From the NCBI RefSeq assembly GCF_009914755.1, contig NC_060942.1: 64,000 bases of DNA, one strand, 5' to 3'. The stretch is from the human T2T-CHM13v2.0 reference genome, Homo sapiens. The notes under the pieces were generated by a model, which saw only the letters and a list, made by a program, of their open reading frames with translations, was not told the origin of the DNA and made no database searches. The position numbers were made by a program, and so were the translations under genes. Of this stretch, positions 45,366 through 61,164 are shown piece after piece. The stretch's first letter is position 1. Each line of letters starts with the position of its first letter.

Positions 45366-48300
45366 CCCATGAGCAGTCTACTAAATTGCTACTTGATCTG
45401 TATAAGTGCAAGGGTTCTAGGTCAGGAGAACAGAAGTTTAATTTGACTCTCTGAAGCAGAGAGTCACAGTCTCTCAATCAGTTCCCAGATTTGAGCCAGT
45501 TTATAGAGTAGAACCTCTTTCTTGAATGAAGGAGAGGACAGGTCCCCTCGAGGAATACCCCCACTACATGAGAAATATTTATACTGTTACTCTTTCTCTC
45601 AGTCTTCCCAAAAGAGATGTATGCCTTTTACAAGGGTAATTGTACATTGAAGAAAAATAAATAATCAGACCTTTTGGGGACTACTGGACATTGACTCTGA
45701 ACTGAAACTAATTCTAGGAGACCCAAATTATCTCTGTGGTTCACCAGTTAGAGTAGTGGCTTATGGAGGTCAGATGACCCATAGAGTTTTAGTTCTGGTC
45801 CATCTCATAGTGGGTTCGGTAGGACCCCAAACCCATCCTGTGGTTACTTTCCTAGTTCAGATTGCATAATTGGAATAGACATACTCAGTAGCTGGCAGAA
45901 ACTCCATATTGGTTCTCTGACCTGTGAGTGAGGGCTGCTATGATGGGAAAGGTCAAGAGGAAGTAACTACAATTGCCCCTACCTGAAAAATAGTAAACTA
46001 CAAGCTATACTACTTCCCTGGAGGGATTGCAGGGATTACTGCCAGCATTCAGGACTTGAAAGATAAAGAGGTGGTGATTTCTACCACATTCTTCATTAAA
46101 CTAGCCTATTTGTCCTGTGCAGAAGACAGATGAATCTTGAAGAATTGTAGTGGATTATCCTAAACTTAGCCAGGTGATGACTCCAACTGCAGCTGCTGTT
46201 CTGGATATGGTTTAATTACTTGAGCAAATTACCACATCTCCTGCTACGTGGTATGCAGGTACTGATCTGACAAATGCATTTTTCTCCACACCTGTTAGTA
46301 AAGACTACCAGAAATAGTTTGTTTCAGTTGGCCAGCAATACACCTTCACTGCCCTATCTCAGAGGTATATCAATTCTTCAGCCCTATGCCACAGTTTAGT
46401 CTGCAGGGAACTAATCATCTTTCCCTTCTACAAGATATCACATCGGTCCACAAAATTGATGACAGCAGTCTAATTGGATCAAATGGGCAAGAAGTAGAAG
46501 CTACTCAGACTTATTGGTAAAACATTTGCATGTCAGAAGGTGGGAAATAAATTTGACAAGAATTCAAGGGTCTTCTACTTCACTGAAATTTCTAGATATC
46601 CCTTCTAAGGTGAAAGAGAAGTTGTTGTATCTGTCCTCTCCTACAACCCAAAATGAGGCACAACACCAAGTGGGGCTCTTTGGATTTTGAAGACAGCATA
46701 TTCTTCTTTTGGATGTGCTACTCTAGCCCATTTGCTGAGTGGCTGAAGAGCTTCTAGTTTTCTATGGGACTGAAGAGCTTCTAGTTTTCTGTGGGGCCCA
46801 GAATGAGAGAAGGATTCTGGTAGGTCCAGGCTGCTGTGCAAGCTGCTCTGCCACTTGCATCACGATCCAGCAGATCCAGTGGTGCTTGAGGTATCAGTGG
46901 CAGATGGAGGTGCGATTTGGAGCCTCTGGCAGGCCCCTGTAGGTGAATCACACCACAAGCCCTTTTTGTAGCAAAGCCCTGCCACTCTCTGCATAGGACT
47001 ACTCTCCTTTTGAGAAACAGCACTTGGCGTGTTACTAGGCTTAGTAGAGACTAAAAGTTTAACCATGGGCCACTGTCTGTTACGAACTGGGTGTTGTCTG
47101 GCCCTCAAAGCCATAAGGCTGGGCATGTACAGCGGCATTCCATCCAACATCAAATGAAAGTGGGATACATGAGATCAGGCTTGAGCAGGATCTGAAGGCA
47201 CAAGTAAATTACATGAAGAAGTGGCCCAAATGCCCATGGCTCCTACTCGTGCTACATTGCCTTTTCTCTCCCAGCCTGCACCCGTGGCCTCATGTGGCAT
47301 TCTCTATGATCAGTTGACTGAGGAAGTGTAAACTTGGGTCCGGGTTTCAGATGGCTTTGCTTGATATGCAGGCACCACCTGAAAGTGGGGACAGCTGCAG
47401 CACTATAGCCCCTTTCTAAGACATCTTTAAAGGACAGTGGTGAAGGGAAATCCTCCCAGTGGGCAGAACTTTGAGCTTTGAGCAATACACCTGGTTTTTG
47501 TTTTTGCTTGGAGAAAGAAATGGCCAGTGGTAAAAGCGTATACTGATTCATGAGCTGTGGTCAACAATTTGACTTGGTGGTCAATAACTTGAAAGAAACA
47601 TGATTGAAAAATTGGTGATGAAGAGGAGAGGTATGTGGAATAGACATCTCTAAATGGGCAGAATCCATGAAGATATTTGTGCTACGTGTGAATGCTCATC
47701 AAAGTGTCACCTCAGTTGAGGAGGATTTTAATAATCAAGTAGAGGGGCTGACCCATTCTGAGGACACCAGGCAGACTCCCTAGCCACCCCTGTCATTGAC
47801 CAATGGGCTTAGGAACAAAGCATCCATGTAGCAGAGATGGAGTCTATGCATGGGCATGGAAACTTTGAATTCCACGCACCATGGCTGACCTGGTTATAGC
47901 CCCTGCTGAGTGGCCAGTCTGTTGGTGGTAGAGACAAACATTGAATTTCTGATATGGCACCTTTTTCTGGGGTGAACCTGGTGGCCTGTTGGACTACTTA
48001 CATCATAAAAAGGGCAGCGTTTGTTATTACTGGAGTGGATATTGACTCTGGTTATGGATTTACCTTTCCTGCACACAATGCACCTTCCAAAACTATCATC
48101 CTGTGGACTTACAGAATGCCTTATCCACCATCTTGGTATTCCACATGGTTTGCTTCTGGTCAAGGAATTAACCTCACAGTAAATAAAGTGTGGCAATGGG
48201 CCCATGCCTGTAGAACTACTGGTCTTACCATGGTTCCCAGCATCCTGAAAGAGCTAGTTTGATAAAATGGTGGAATGGCCCTTTGAAGACTCAATTACAG

Positions 48301-49340
48301 CATTATCTAGGTGGCATTACCTCGCACGACTGGAGTAATGTTCTCCAGAATATATACCTTAAATCAGCATCCAATATATAGTACTATTTCTCCTATAGCC
48401 AGAATTCATGGCTCTAGGAATCAATGGGTGAAAATGGGAGTGGCACCACTCACTATTAGCCCTAATGTTCCTCTAGCAAATTTTTTTCTTTCTGTTCCCA
48501 TGACCTTATACTCTGCTGGTCCAGAGGTCTTAGTTTCAAAGGGAAGAATTCTTCGACCAGAAGATGAAACAATGATTCCGTTGAACTAGATGTTAGGACT
48601 GCCTCTGGGTTACTTTGGACTTCTCATGCATTTGAAACAACAGGCAAAGAAAGGCACTACTGTACTGGATGGAGTAATTGATCTTGATTATGAAGGGGAA
48701 ATTGGGCTGCTACTACACAAGGAGGTAAGGAAGAGTATGTCTGGAATATAGGACATCCTTTGGGGTATCTCTCAGTACTATTGTGCCCCATGATTAAAGT
48801 CAATGGCAAACTACAACCCAATTCTCTCAGTCTGCTAATGGCCCAGACTCTTCAGGAATAAAGGCTTGAGCCACCTCACCAGGCAAAGAACCATGATTAG
48901 CTCAGTTGTTTGGGGTATAGTGAATATGGAAGGGTAGTGGAAGAAGGTAGTTATAAATACCAACTATGACCATATGACCAATTGTGGAAATGAGTGCCAT
49001 AAGTGTTAACAGTATTTGTTCCTCATTTTGTTATTAATGTGTTTGAGTGTATCTGTCTGTTTATCTATCTCTATCTATGGCAAATATCTGTGTTTCTTTC
49101 CTCCCTTATTCTCTTACTGTACAACATTAAGATGTGTTAATAATAGTTAAGTTAAAGCATATCAAGGAGAAGAGTGAATATCACCCTAAGGCTATAACCC
49201 TTCTGAGGAAGGGTTAGTGCATTTTAAATTGTATGTTTTGGATAGCTGTATCATGTTAGGAAAAGTATGACTTTGTAATTATCTTTATTTGGGGATTAAG
49301 TATGGGTTAACATGTGTATGAATGCCAAGTTAACAAGGGA

Positions 49341-49670
49341 TGAATGACTTAATTTTACGTGTCAACTTGGATAGGCTATAGTACCCAGTTATTTCATCTG
49401 AAAATCTATGTATTGCTGTGCAAATATTTTGTTGATATAGTTAACATCTATAATCATTTGATAATGTGTGCGAGCCTCATTTAATCAGATGGCAGGGGAG
49501 CAACTGTAGTTTTCCAGAGAAGCAATTCTGCCTGAAAACTGCAGCGTCAACTTTTGCTCAAGAGATCTCAGCCTGCCAACCTGCCTTACTATGGATTTTG
49601 GAGCTGCCAGCTCCCACGATTACATGGGCCAATTTATTTAAAAAATAGCCTATTGTTTGGGAGCTCTGGA
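49341..49670 (+). mobile_element. MLT2D/C-type 3' LTR (partial)
   Basis: Preceded by gccaagttaacaaggg; ttaattttacgtgtcaacttggataggctatagtacccag. Confidence 0.8.
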
Positions 49671-49683
49671 AAAATGCACTTCT

Positions 49684-49995
49684 GTCCAAGCTCAGTGGCT
49701 CATGCCTGTAATCCCAGCACTTTGGGAGGCCAAGGCAGGCAGATCACTGAGGCCAGGAGTTCGAGACTGGCCTGGCCAACATGGAGAAACCATGTCTCCT
49801 ACTAAAAATACAAAAATTTGCTAGGTATGGTGGTGCATGTCTGTAAACCCAGCTACTTGGGAGGCTGAGGCACAAATTCGCTTGAACCTGGGAGGCGGTA
49901 GGTTGCAGGGAGCCGAGATCGTGTCACTGCACTCCAGCCTGGATGAAAGAGTGAGGCTCTATCCCCCCCAAAAATAAATAAATAAATAAATAAAA
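49684..49995 (+). mobile_element. AluS
   Basis: (AAAT)n tail, TSD aaaaatgcacttct. Confidence 0.93.
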
Positions 49996-50117
49996 ATGCA
50001 CTTCTATACATACACAGGCTATGACATCTTGTGGGTATTGGAAGATGATTTGGGCTTATATCTGCTACAACTAGTTCATGGTGCTTGAAAAGAACAATTC
50101 TATAAAAGGGTCTAGGC

Positions 50118-50300
50118 CTAGGATGGCAAATAAACTTCATTGATATGACAACTTTGATGGATTTCACATGGCTGGAATGCTGTATTGAGAAGGTTTATGA
50201 CTCTGAGTCTGGGCTCAGGAGGAAAGAGTGCCATGATTAATCACTTCTGTCTACTGTAAGACGGTGAGGGGAAAGAGTGATATATGAGTCATGAACTTAT
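50118..50300 (+). mobile_element. MER117-like hAT relic
   Basis: aggatggcaaata...gctgtattgagaagg...gggctcaggaggaaagagtgccatgatt. Confidence 0.5.
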
Positions 50301-50601
50301 TAGTGTCTGAAATTCTCTTGTTAATTTATTTGTTGGCGTGTTTTACCTTCTGCTACCCTATCTCTAGGATGTAAGCTCCATGAGAGCATGGGCCTTGCCT
50401 GTTTTCTTTGTGGATCTGTCTTCAAAACCTAAAAATGTATCTGGGTTTACAAAATGTTCAAAAATATTTATAAATAAATATTCAAAAAATAGTTGCTGAA
50501 TGTATTCTTCTCTTGATCTGGCTTATGCATATTTTAATAAACAATTTAAGTAAGAGTCAATACTTTGTAAGCTCTTGTTTCCAGGGTTGGCTTTATGAAT
50601 C

Positions 50602-50970
50602 TTTTCCTTTTTGTATAAATTTAAGGGTTACAAGTGCAGTTTTGTTGCATGGGTATATTGTATAGTGGTGAAGTCTGGACTTTCAGTGTAACTTTCACTT
50701 GAATAATGTGTGTTGTACGCATTAAGTAATTTTTCATTTCTCACCCCATCCCACCATCCCACCACTCTGAGTCTCCACCATCTATAATTCCACACTCTTA
50801 TGTCCATGTGTACACATTGTTTAGCTCCCACTTATGAGTGAGAACATGTAGTATTTGACTTTCTGTTTCTGAGCTATTTCACTTAAGATAATGGCCTCCA
50901 GTTCTGTCCATGTTGCTGCAAAAGACATGATTTCATTCTTTTTTATGGCTGAGTAGTATTCCATTGTACA
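50602..50970 (-). mobile_element. L1MA 3' end
   Basis: tacaagtgcagttttg...gctcccacttatgagtgagaacatg; TSD ggctWtatgaatctt. Confidence 0.9.
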
Positions 50971-51494
50971 GGCTATATGAATCTTAATAAATATTGATTA
51001 GAGGAGATAAAATACATGAAATCACAGTATCCAAGACATTTTAAGGTACTCAGTAAATAATACTTGAATCTGAAATCTGCAGTGTTGCTCTTCATTCAGG
51101 CAGAATGGTTTATTAATGTTGAGGATATATACATGAATAAAATACAAACATTGGCTTCAGTAAGCCCAAATTTTTATTTAAGGGGAATCAGAGAGGAAAA
51201 TGAGTGTTGCAATCCAGTGTGATAAGTGCTTTAATAGAGCTAAGTTTGTGGTGATCCCAGAGATAGTACACTCTGGAGGAATAATCAACTTTACCAAATT
51301 TAGGGAGAATCAGTTTGTAGGGAAGTTTTCATAGAAGAGAAGACACTTGAGGGAGGAGGAGAGCATTCTGATATGGGAAACATCCTTTGAAAAAGCACAG
51401 ACATATAGAATGAAATGCTGGGTTTATGAAATGCTAATATATTGCAGATGCCTAGTTAGTAGAATGGAGTGGTTGAGGACTAGGTAAGGACTAG

Positions 51495-51670
51495 ATCTGT
51501 TCTGTTCAACATGGTAGCCACTAGCCGCACATGGCTGTCGAGTGCTTGAAATATGGCCATTTCACATTGAGATGTGCCATAAGTAAAGTGCATATTGAAT
51601 TTGAAAAGTTAGTGAAAAAAGTATAAATGATTTAATTAATAACTTTTCAATGTTTTTCAGATTTTATTTA
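51495..51670 (+). mobile_element. MER3
   Basis: ggtagccactagccgcacatggc...cttgaaatatggcc. Confidence 0.7.
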
Positions 51671-51682
51671 AATGGTAAGTGA

Positions 51683-51862
51683 TGGTGGGCATGGTGGCTC
51701 ACACCTGCAATCCCAGTACTTTGGGAGGCCAAGGTGAGAGAGGATCACTTGAGCTCAGGGGTTCAAGACCAGCCTAAGTAACATGGTGAGAACCCATCTT
51801 TACAAATTAACAACAACGAGAACAAAAAAAAAAAAAAAAGAAAAAGAAAAAGGAAAAAAAAA
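51683..51862 (+). mobile_element. FLAM_C with long A-rich tail
   Basis: Monomer, TSD aaatggtaa. Confidence 0.87.
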
Positions 51863-52497
51863 TGGTAAATGAAGGTTGCCCAGCTAGCATTTGAGGATTG
51901 GCTCTGCTGTGAAAAGTCCCTGAATTTTTCATAGCAGTGAACCAACTTCAAGGAAATTCTTTCCAGCTTTACAGTGGTGGGAATGGAGAGAGTTGGGTCC
52001 TGGGAGCCTGGACCAAATCTGTCAGTTATTTATCCTTTCCCTGTGATTTGCATACAAGCTGAAGGCAAGAAATCAGAATGGTATTATCTTCCACACTGAG
52101 CCCTCTTTTTGGCCCCCAGGATGGATGTTTCTCTTAATGTGTTCTGCGGCTGAATTCAGTGTTCAGGCCCTGACTGGGGCTCAGAAACTGCGATTCATTT
52201 TTATCAGCGGCAGTGTAACTGCCCCTGGGGCCTCAGGTTCCAGGAACCAGTTACAGGTGGCTTTAAAGGTGAGGTGAGTCTGGTGTTCAACAGGGGTTGG
52301 TCTTGCTCTTCCTGTGCTCATTGTGCTTTTGCAATAGAAGGGAATTAGGTTTTAGGAAACAAACCTTTTCCACTGTGTTGATGCTTCAGATTCAACTATT
52401 GCCAACAAATATCTAGGCTTGGTTTTATGGCTAATCTATGTCATGGCCACGTGGTGTATATTTAACCATTGTATACAGGCTTCACGGGATTTCATAA

Positions 52498-52815
<318 letters not shown>

Positions 52816-53483
52816 TGACTTGTAAAATACAATAATTTTATTAATTCTTATTAACTTATTAATCTATAGGTTATTACTACTATAACTTGATGTGGTATTG
52901 ATTTGCCTAATTTTGAGCAGGAATACACTTAACAGGCAGAAATAAAAATTTTTATTGTGGTATAACTTGAAGTGCACAAATCTCAAGTCTGCATACTGAT
53001 AATCTTTTACTTATGTTTAGATATATCTAACCATCATCCAGATTAAGGTGTAGCACCATTCCGGAAGGCTCCTTCCTGTCCCTACCTTGTCAATATCTTT
53101 CCTTTAAAGGAAACCACTATACCTTTATCATCGTAGGTTAAAGACAGGCATGATTTTAGCAACTTTTAAAGCATTGTAGATTTTTCTGTATCTGGCTAAC
53201 TGCATGCTTTTAATTTCAGAATGGTGTGGCTTAAAAAAAAAACAGTGAAAGCAAGGAGATAGCAGTCATAAAATCTTCTTTAGTATATGTGTTCATGTCC
53301 TATAAGACTTTGGGGGAAACTAAGAGAAATGATGTTGTAAGTAGAATGACATTTAATTTCTGCCTCTTCTATGTATTCTAATTTAATTGTTGGGTGGAAT
53401 CTGCTATGTGCCATGAGAGTAAAGTAAATGAGGATGTGTGTGTGTGTGTGTGGTATGCTATTTGTAACACAAAGATATATGTT

Positions 53484-53775
53484 ATTTTTTCTTTTTTTGG
53501 AGACAGGGTCTCATTCAGTCACCCAGGATGGAGGGCAGTGGCGTGATCACTGCTTACTGTAGCCTCAACCTTCTGGGCTCAAGCAATCCTACCACCTCAA
53601 CATCCCTAGTACCTGGAACCACAGGCATGTGTTACCGTGCCCACTAATTTTTGTATTTTTTGTAGAGACAGGGTTTCCCCATGTTGCCCAGGCTGGTCTC
53701 GAACTCTTGGGCTCAAGCAACCTCCTTGGCCTCTCAAAGTGCTCAGATTACAGGCATGAGCCACTGCGCCCAGCC
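53484..53775 (-). mobile_element. AluJ
   Basis: TSD tgttattttt. Confidence 0.92.
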
Positions 53776-55191
53776 TGTTCTGTTATTTTTACTGTGGAAC
53801 TGAAAGATAATAGCCTAGGTAAAATCTGTATTAGGAAAGTGCACAGTTTGCAGGCCAAGTAGTCTTTGCAAGCACAGTGATTTTTAAAAACAATTTGCAA
53901 AGCTGTCGAAGCTTCCATTCATACCTACTGCCTTAGGTAACAACACAGCACTTACCCTTGTGAGTGGCAATGTCTTACCTACTGAGTCAGCCTTCTCTAA
54001 TTGGGATACTTGCTAGAAGTTTCTAAACAAAATATTTCTGGCAGCTGTGTGCATCTGCAAATATTTTCTGAGTGAGGGCAGTAGCGGATAAGTGGAGAGG
54101 ACCTGACTTAAGGAACTCAATAGACAACTTACGAAAGTGCATGTTGATTTCAGTTATTTTGATTGCAAACTTCTTGATGGCAGGCGGTTTTCAAGTCTTA
54201 TGCGGCTTCTCTAGCCCCTTCAGCACTTGATGTTGTTAACTGACAAAAGCTTGCTGATATTTGTATTTTGACTTGGCTTTAGAAGATGTAGTAGAGGTCT
54301 ACTGTCTACAGTTGTACATATAGTGCTAAACTGCTGACCTTAACCTTCCAGTTGCTCTATGTGCAGCCTACACATGATATTACTGTGTTTAGATTTTTTA
54401 CATAATTCTGGGCTCAAGAGACAGGACATTTGTTTCACATTTTTGGGGGGCTTGTTCTAAATGTAAAAGTTTGCCTAGCATTTAGGCTGCGTTAAAAGAG
54501 GACAGGTAAAATTATTTCCAGCTCTACAATATGTGTTTATCCCCAGAGAGGGGGTATTTGGAGAGGAAAGATGAATGGTCCTGCCTTCAGAATGAGGCTG
54601 ACATGAGGCTGACCTAGAGTGGTATCTTTCACTGAATCTAGAATCTATGAGTGTTGAGACACCTTCAAGATGCTTCATCTTAAAGATACTGTGGTCTCCT
54701 TCTTTTGTTCTCTGCCTATTCCTCTGAGTCATGCTGTTTTCCTAGAGAGATTTTATTTATTTTGCAAAACACTTGCCTTCTGGGGACAGCCTTATTTATT
54801 AGGTGTCTGTCCTGTGACTCTCTAGGGAATGACCATCACACACTGTTGCCCAAGAGTACGTAAACCATGCAGACAGCTCCATGCAGCTCACTCAGCCTGC
54901 ACATATGAGCTGGTGCAGTGGTTTGTTGTTTTAACACGCACTAGAGAAACATCGTGAAATTGCTGACCATTTAAACAGTATTAGAGTTAACAATTGGCCT
55001 AATGTATTATGCCCTGTAGCTACTTCTGTTCAGCGTGTTTAATATGGTTGTAATCTTACTTAGTTCTGTTGTATTTATGTATTCCCTTCCTTCCCAAAGT
55101 GCTTCCCAATATGTTTTAAGGTATTAGTTCTGTGCAGTAATCCTGTGAGGATGACCAACTTTTTTTCTCTGTTTAATAAAAAATAATGGAA

Positions 55192-55492
<301 letters not shown>

Positions 55493-55694
55493 TGGAAGTT
55501 GAGGGTAGGAGTATATGTATGTATATATAAAACAGACAGAGGTTCTGCCTATGCATGCAGGCAGGAGACTTCTCGTGCTTTGATGAGCTTTACAGCAGCC
55601 AGGCTAGTTGGGCACAGTAGTATTTGAGTATCTTGAGTATTTCCCAGCATCACTTGGGATGCCCTTCTTTTGGAGAGGGAGAGACTCTATCATC

Positions 55695-56415
55695 CATACT
55701 TGTTTCCTAGGGCTGCCCTAGCAAAGAACCACAATCTGGGTGGCTCAGAACAACAGACATTTACTGTCTCTTAGTTCTGGAGGTTAGAAGTCCAAGATCA
55801 AGGTGTTGGCAGGGCCATGCTCTCTCTGAAACTTGTAGTCAAAGGATCTTTCCTTGCCTCTTCCAGTTTCTGGTAGCCCAGACATTCCTTGCCCTGTGAC
55901 AGCACAACTCCAGTCTTCACATAATTTACTCTTGTACCTGTCTGTGTCTGTGTCCAAATTTTCCCTTTTTATCTTTTTTAATTTTTAATTTTTTTTGAGA
56001 TGAGGTCTGTCACCCAGGCTGGAGTGCAGTGGTGAAATCTCCACTTACTACATCCTCCACCTCCTCGGCTCAATTGAGCCTCCCACTTCAGCCTCCTGAG
56101 TAGCTGGGACTATAGGTACATGCCACCATCCCTGGCTAATTTTTGTATTTTTTTGTAGGGTTGGGGTCTTGCTATGTTGTCCAGGCTGGTCAGGAATTCC
56201 TGGGCTCAAGCAATCCACCTGCCTTGGTGTCCCAAAGTGCTGGGATTACAGGCATGAACCACTGCACCCAGCCCAAATTTCCCCCTTTTGTAAGGACACC
56301 AGTTATACTGGGTCAGGGTCCATCCTAATGATTTCATCTGAACTACATCTGCAAAGGTTTTATTTCTAAATAAGACCACATTCTGAGGTATTGGGGCATA
56401 AGACATCAACCTATA
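55695..56415 (-). mobile_element. MLT1C/B-type MaLR LTR with AluJ at 55966-56273 (-)
   Basis: tttcctagggctgcc...agttctggaggttagaagtccaagatcaaggtg...cacattctgaggta. Confidence 0.85.
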
Positions 56416-57089
56416 TCCACCACGTTTTGGAACTTCTGACTAATGGCCTCAACATGGCCCCTGACCAAGCATGCTTCTAAATGTTGTTCAGCCCTAGTAA
56501 CAAGTAGCCCTGAAACCTGACATGGGGAAGATGTACTTTATGGACTATGTGTGTGGGGAGTCAGGAGACAGTCACCAGGTATCTGGACCTCCTTGGTCCC
56601 ACAAAACATAACAAGATAATTGGATTATAAAGGAGCCAAACACTGACTAAACCACAAGCTAGATGTTCTACCTCTGAATAATGTGGGTGAACTGTGCTTC
56701 TAAGATACTGCTTAACCTCATTCGACACAAATTTGATTTAACACATTCAATTAATCTTATCAGCAAATATTACACATGAGATGATTCATTATCTACACTG
56801 GAAATGGCCACTGCTGATAGCCGGGTTGCTCGCCTCTCCCTTCTGCTGTTCCTTCTCGCACTTGCTTTGCTCAGCTTGCTTCTTTAATATGTTGGCTTGG
56901 TTCTCTTCTTCTTTTATCTGTCCTGGTTTGCTGTTAGCTTTCCTTCCAAGTGGAGGTCAAAAATCAGCATGATGAGAAGAATCCATAGGTGCTTAGCTCT
57001 GTATAAGACAAAAGAAACTTTGACAAAGAGGAAGTATATCTTTATTAAAAACATAATAAAGAGAAGTCATGCATTTTATTAAAAATAAT

Positions 57090-58660
57090 TCCCATACTTT
57101 TTTCTTTTATAAAAATATACACTTAAAAAGCTTTACGAAAAAATAGATAAACATAAGAAAATAAAAACAATCCATATTCTCCCTCATAATTCCAAAACTA
57201 GTGATGCACATTGTTAATGTTTTGGTATAGACCCTTCCAGAAGGAAGATAGATTATGATTTGTACTTGTATGCCCATTGGTGCTGCATCAAATAGATCAA
57301 AGGAATAAATGTTAAGTACATAAATATAAAGAAATAAAAATATAAAGAAAAAACAGTAGAAATGTTTTGTTTTTTAAAAATTGATATTGTATTGTACATG
57401 TGGGTTTATTATCTGCTTTCTCTCTTTTCAGTAACACATTGTAAGTATTTTCTTTTGTCGTTAAATATTTTTCTATAGCATCATGTCATTTCATCATTCT
57501 ACAATAGAAATTATCTTCCATTGTAGTAATGTACAAATAATTTAATAAGTTTAATCAATGCTCGTATAGGACATTTTATGATCATTTTCAAATATTCTTT
57601 ATTATCATCAGTGGTGCTATGCATAGAGTTGTAGTTCATCTTTGAACAGATTCATGCTAACTTTTTTCTTCAGTATTTCCTTTCCTTCATAGAAGTAAAG
57701 TCAGTGGGTTAAATTTATGCATAATTGACAGACTGCTCTCTGGGAAAGTTGGATCAATATACACTCCTGCCAGCAGTGCTTGAGGACATGTGCTTCCTAG
57801 CTTGTGTGACAGTACAACACAGTAGAATATAAGACATTGTTTCAATTTGATAGATTATGATTTGTACTTGCATGTCCATTGTTGCTGCATCAGATAGATA
57901 AAAGGAATAAATATTAAGTACATAAATATAAAGAAATAAAAATGCTATTATGCAATTTCCAATGGAAAGAGTAGGGTACTGGGAGAACTGACCATCCATT
58001 TGAAAAAAGAAAAAATTCTCCTGAAGATTTTTTGCAAATTTGTTGGTCATTCATGTTTCTAATTTTTTGAATTGCCTGTTTATGTCCTTGACCCATTTGG
58101 CATTTAGGTGTGATTGTCTTTTCTTTATGGATTTGTGTTCTATTTCAGTAATTTGATTTCTTGATTTTTCATAAATGATACAATTTCTCTCAAAATTTCA
58201 TTTGTCATTTAAGTTTGTGAATTTTCTTTTAATATAAAGACATGAAAAACATTTTAGTCAATTTATCATTATCTCCTTTGATGGTTTCTTTTTAACTGGC
58301 AGTCTTAAAATTTCCTTTACAATTATAAAATTACATATATTTTTTCTTGTACTTTTGTGGTTTTTACATTTAAGTCTTTAATCAATTTGAATATATTTGA
58401 GGTTGAAGAATATGAAGTAGACATCTAAGTTCTCTCTTTTTTCAAATGAACAGTTGTCTCAGTATTCTACTCTTTTCATTGGGGATTATATACTAGTAGT
58501 TTTTTTATATTTAACTACTTTAGATTTATTTATTGTTCTGTTATTTCATCAGAATCACATTGTTTTAATTGCTGCAGCTTTATCACATTTTTAAATACCT
58601 GTGAGTGCAACTTTATTCATTACTTCTCTTTTGAAATGTTCTTGGAAATGATACTTACAC
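57090..58660 (-). mobile_element. Old L1ME fragment
   Basis: tgaattgcctgtttatgtccttgacccattt, tacatttaagtctttaatc; highly diverged. Confidence 0.6.
57247..57341. repeat. 95-bp direct repeat of 57849-57943
   Basis: 6 substitutions by manual alignment. Confidence 0.93.
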
Positions 58661-58849
58661 ATAACCTCTTCATCTATTTTAAGATGTGAAATAAGAACAA
58701 AAATGGTTTTTCTTAAATGCCTGCCTTAAAACTGGCATTTAGTTAAAGAATCAAGCGCATTTTGGGAAAGCTATGCTTCCTCTCCCCTTCCTGATGATTG
58801 TAACTGTACAGCAGTTCCAGGGAGGACAACTAGGGAGAAGAAGTATGCT

Positions 58850-59075
58850 AACTTTGGAAATAGCTAGTCTTAGCTTTGAAAGCTGGTTTTGTCAGTTGTT
58901 AGCTGTGTGCTCTGGGCAAGCTAATTAATCTTTAAGAAACCCAGTTTAGCTGTCAATGAAAATAGTGATAATAATACCATACCTATCTCACAGGGCAATA
59001 AGAGGATTAAATGAGACAATGTTTGCTAATACAGAGTGTATCATTGCCATCAAAGAAGGAGCTTAATAAATGTTA
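58850..59075 (+). mobile_element. MIR
   Basis: tagctgtgtgctctgggcaag...tacctatctcacaggg...gaggattaaatgag. Confidence 0.78.
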
Positions 59076-59290
59076 ATTTCCCTTTCCTTCTACTGATCTA
59101 GGATGTTTTGTTTGTAAAACATTTTTATACACATCATCTCATTTGACTCACAAAGGTCTTGACTCACTAATCGTACAGTTTCTGTGGTATTGAATTACAT
59201 GATGATTTAATAAGATATGATGATGATATAATGGATGTTAAATGACGAACCTAGAAGACATGCAGTTTTTGTTATAATTTTTTACATTAA

Positions 59291-59656
<366 letters not shown>

Positions 59657-60081
59657 AAGGAGTTTCTTTTAAGCACATAACAAACTTCTCCTGCGTTCTT
59701 TTTTTTAATTTTTAATTTTTTTAATTTTTAGAGATTCAGGGGTATGTGCAGGCTTGTTAATAAAATCATTTTAATTAATGACTTAGGGTGGCAATAGTTT
59801 TTACTTTTTCAACAACCTGGTATATGTAAATAAGAATTCATGGTACACTGTTGATGCACCTATTTTTAGAAGCATACTTAGTCTATAAAGCAAAACCCAT
59901 GAGTATGTGATATGTTTGTAGTCTAACTTATCCAGTTTCAACTGTGTTAATAGCTTTGATCCCTATTACATTAAACATGCTTTTTAATTGAAAAATTAAT
60001 AAGAAACTGATTTTATTCTCAGTTGAGTAACAGATTAAAGCTAATATTAAATTAGCAATCTGTATTTATAACAATCCTAGT

Positions 60082-60635
<554 letters not shown>

Positions 60636-60846
60636 TTGCTGTTGCTGTTATTCACTGGTGAATAACAAAACCATACAGTCCCTTTGGAAGGAAGGATTTA
60701 AAATAATTTAAACAAATAATCACTAAAAATTTCAACCAGTACATTTATGACAAATGTAATAGTATTCCAAGCAGATGATAGTTTTTAAAAATTTATGCCT
60801 GTGTATATTTGGGTAGAGACAAAGGATTATTTAAAAAGTATTTTCA

Positions 60847-61164
60847 GGTTGGGCACACTGGCTCATCCTTGCAACCCCTGCACTTTGGGAGGCTTGAGTC
60901 CAGGAGTTTGTGACCAGCCTGGGCAACACAGGGAGACCTTGTCTCTGCAAAGTAATAATAATAACAATAATAATAAATAAAATTAGCCAGGCATGGTGGT
61001 GGCATGTGCCTGTAGTCCCAGGTATTCAAGAGGTTGAGGCAGGAGTCTCACTTAAGCCCAAGAGTTTGAGGTTGCTGTGAGCTATGAATGCACTACTGCA
61101 CTCCAGCCTGGGTGACCGAGGAAGACTCAGTAAAAACAAAACAAAACAAACAAACAAACAAAAA
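60847..61164 (+). mobile_element. AluJ with (AAT)n linker
   Basis: Both arms, (AAAC)n tail. Confidence 0.9.

Noticed and set aside
47954-48589. ERV-L integrase/dUTPase ORFs as domesticated genes
   Set aside because: Short frames that drift out of homology through frameshifts; surrounding pol is full of stops
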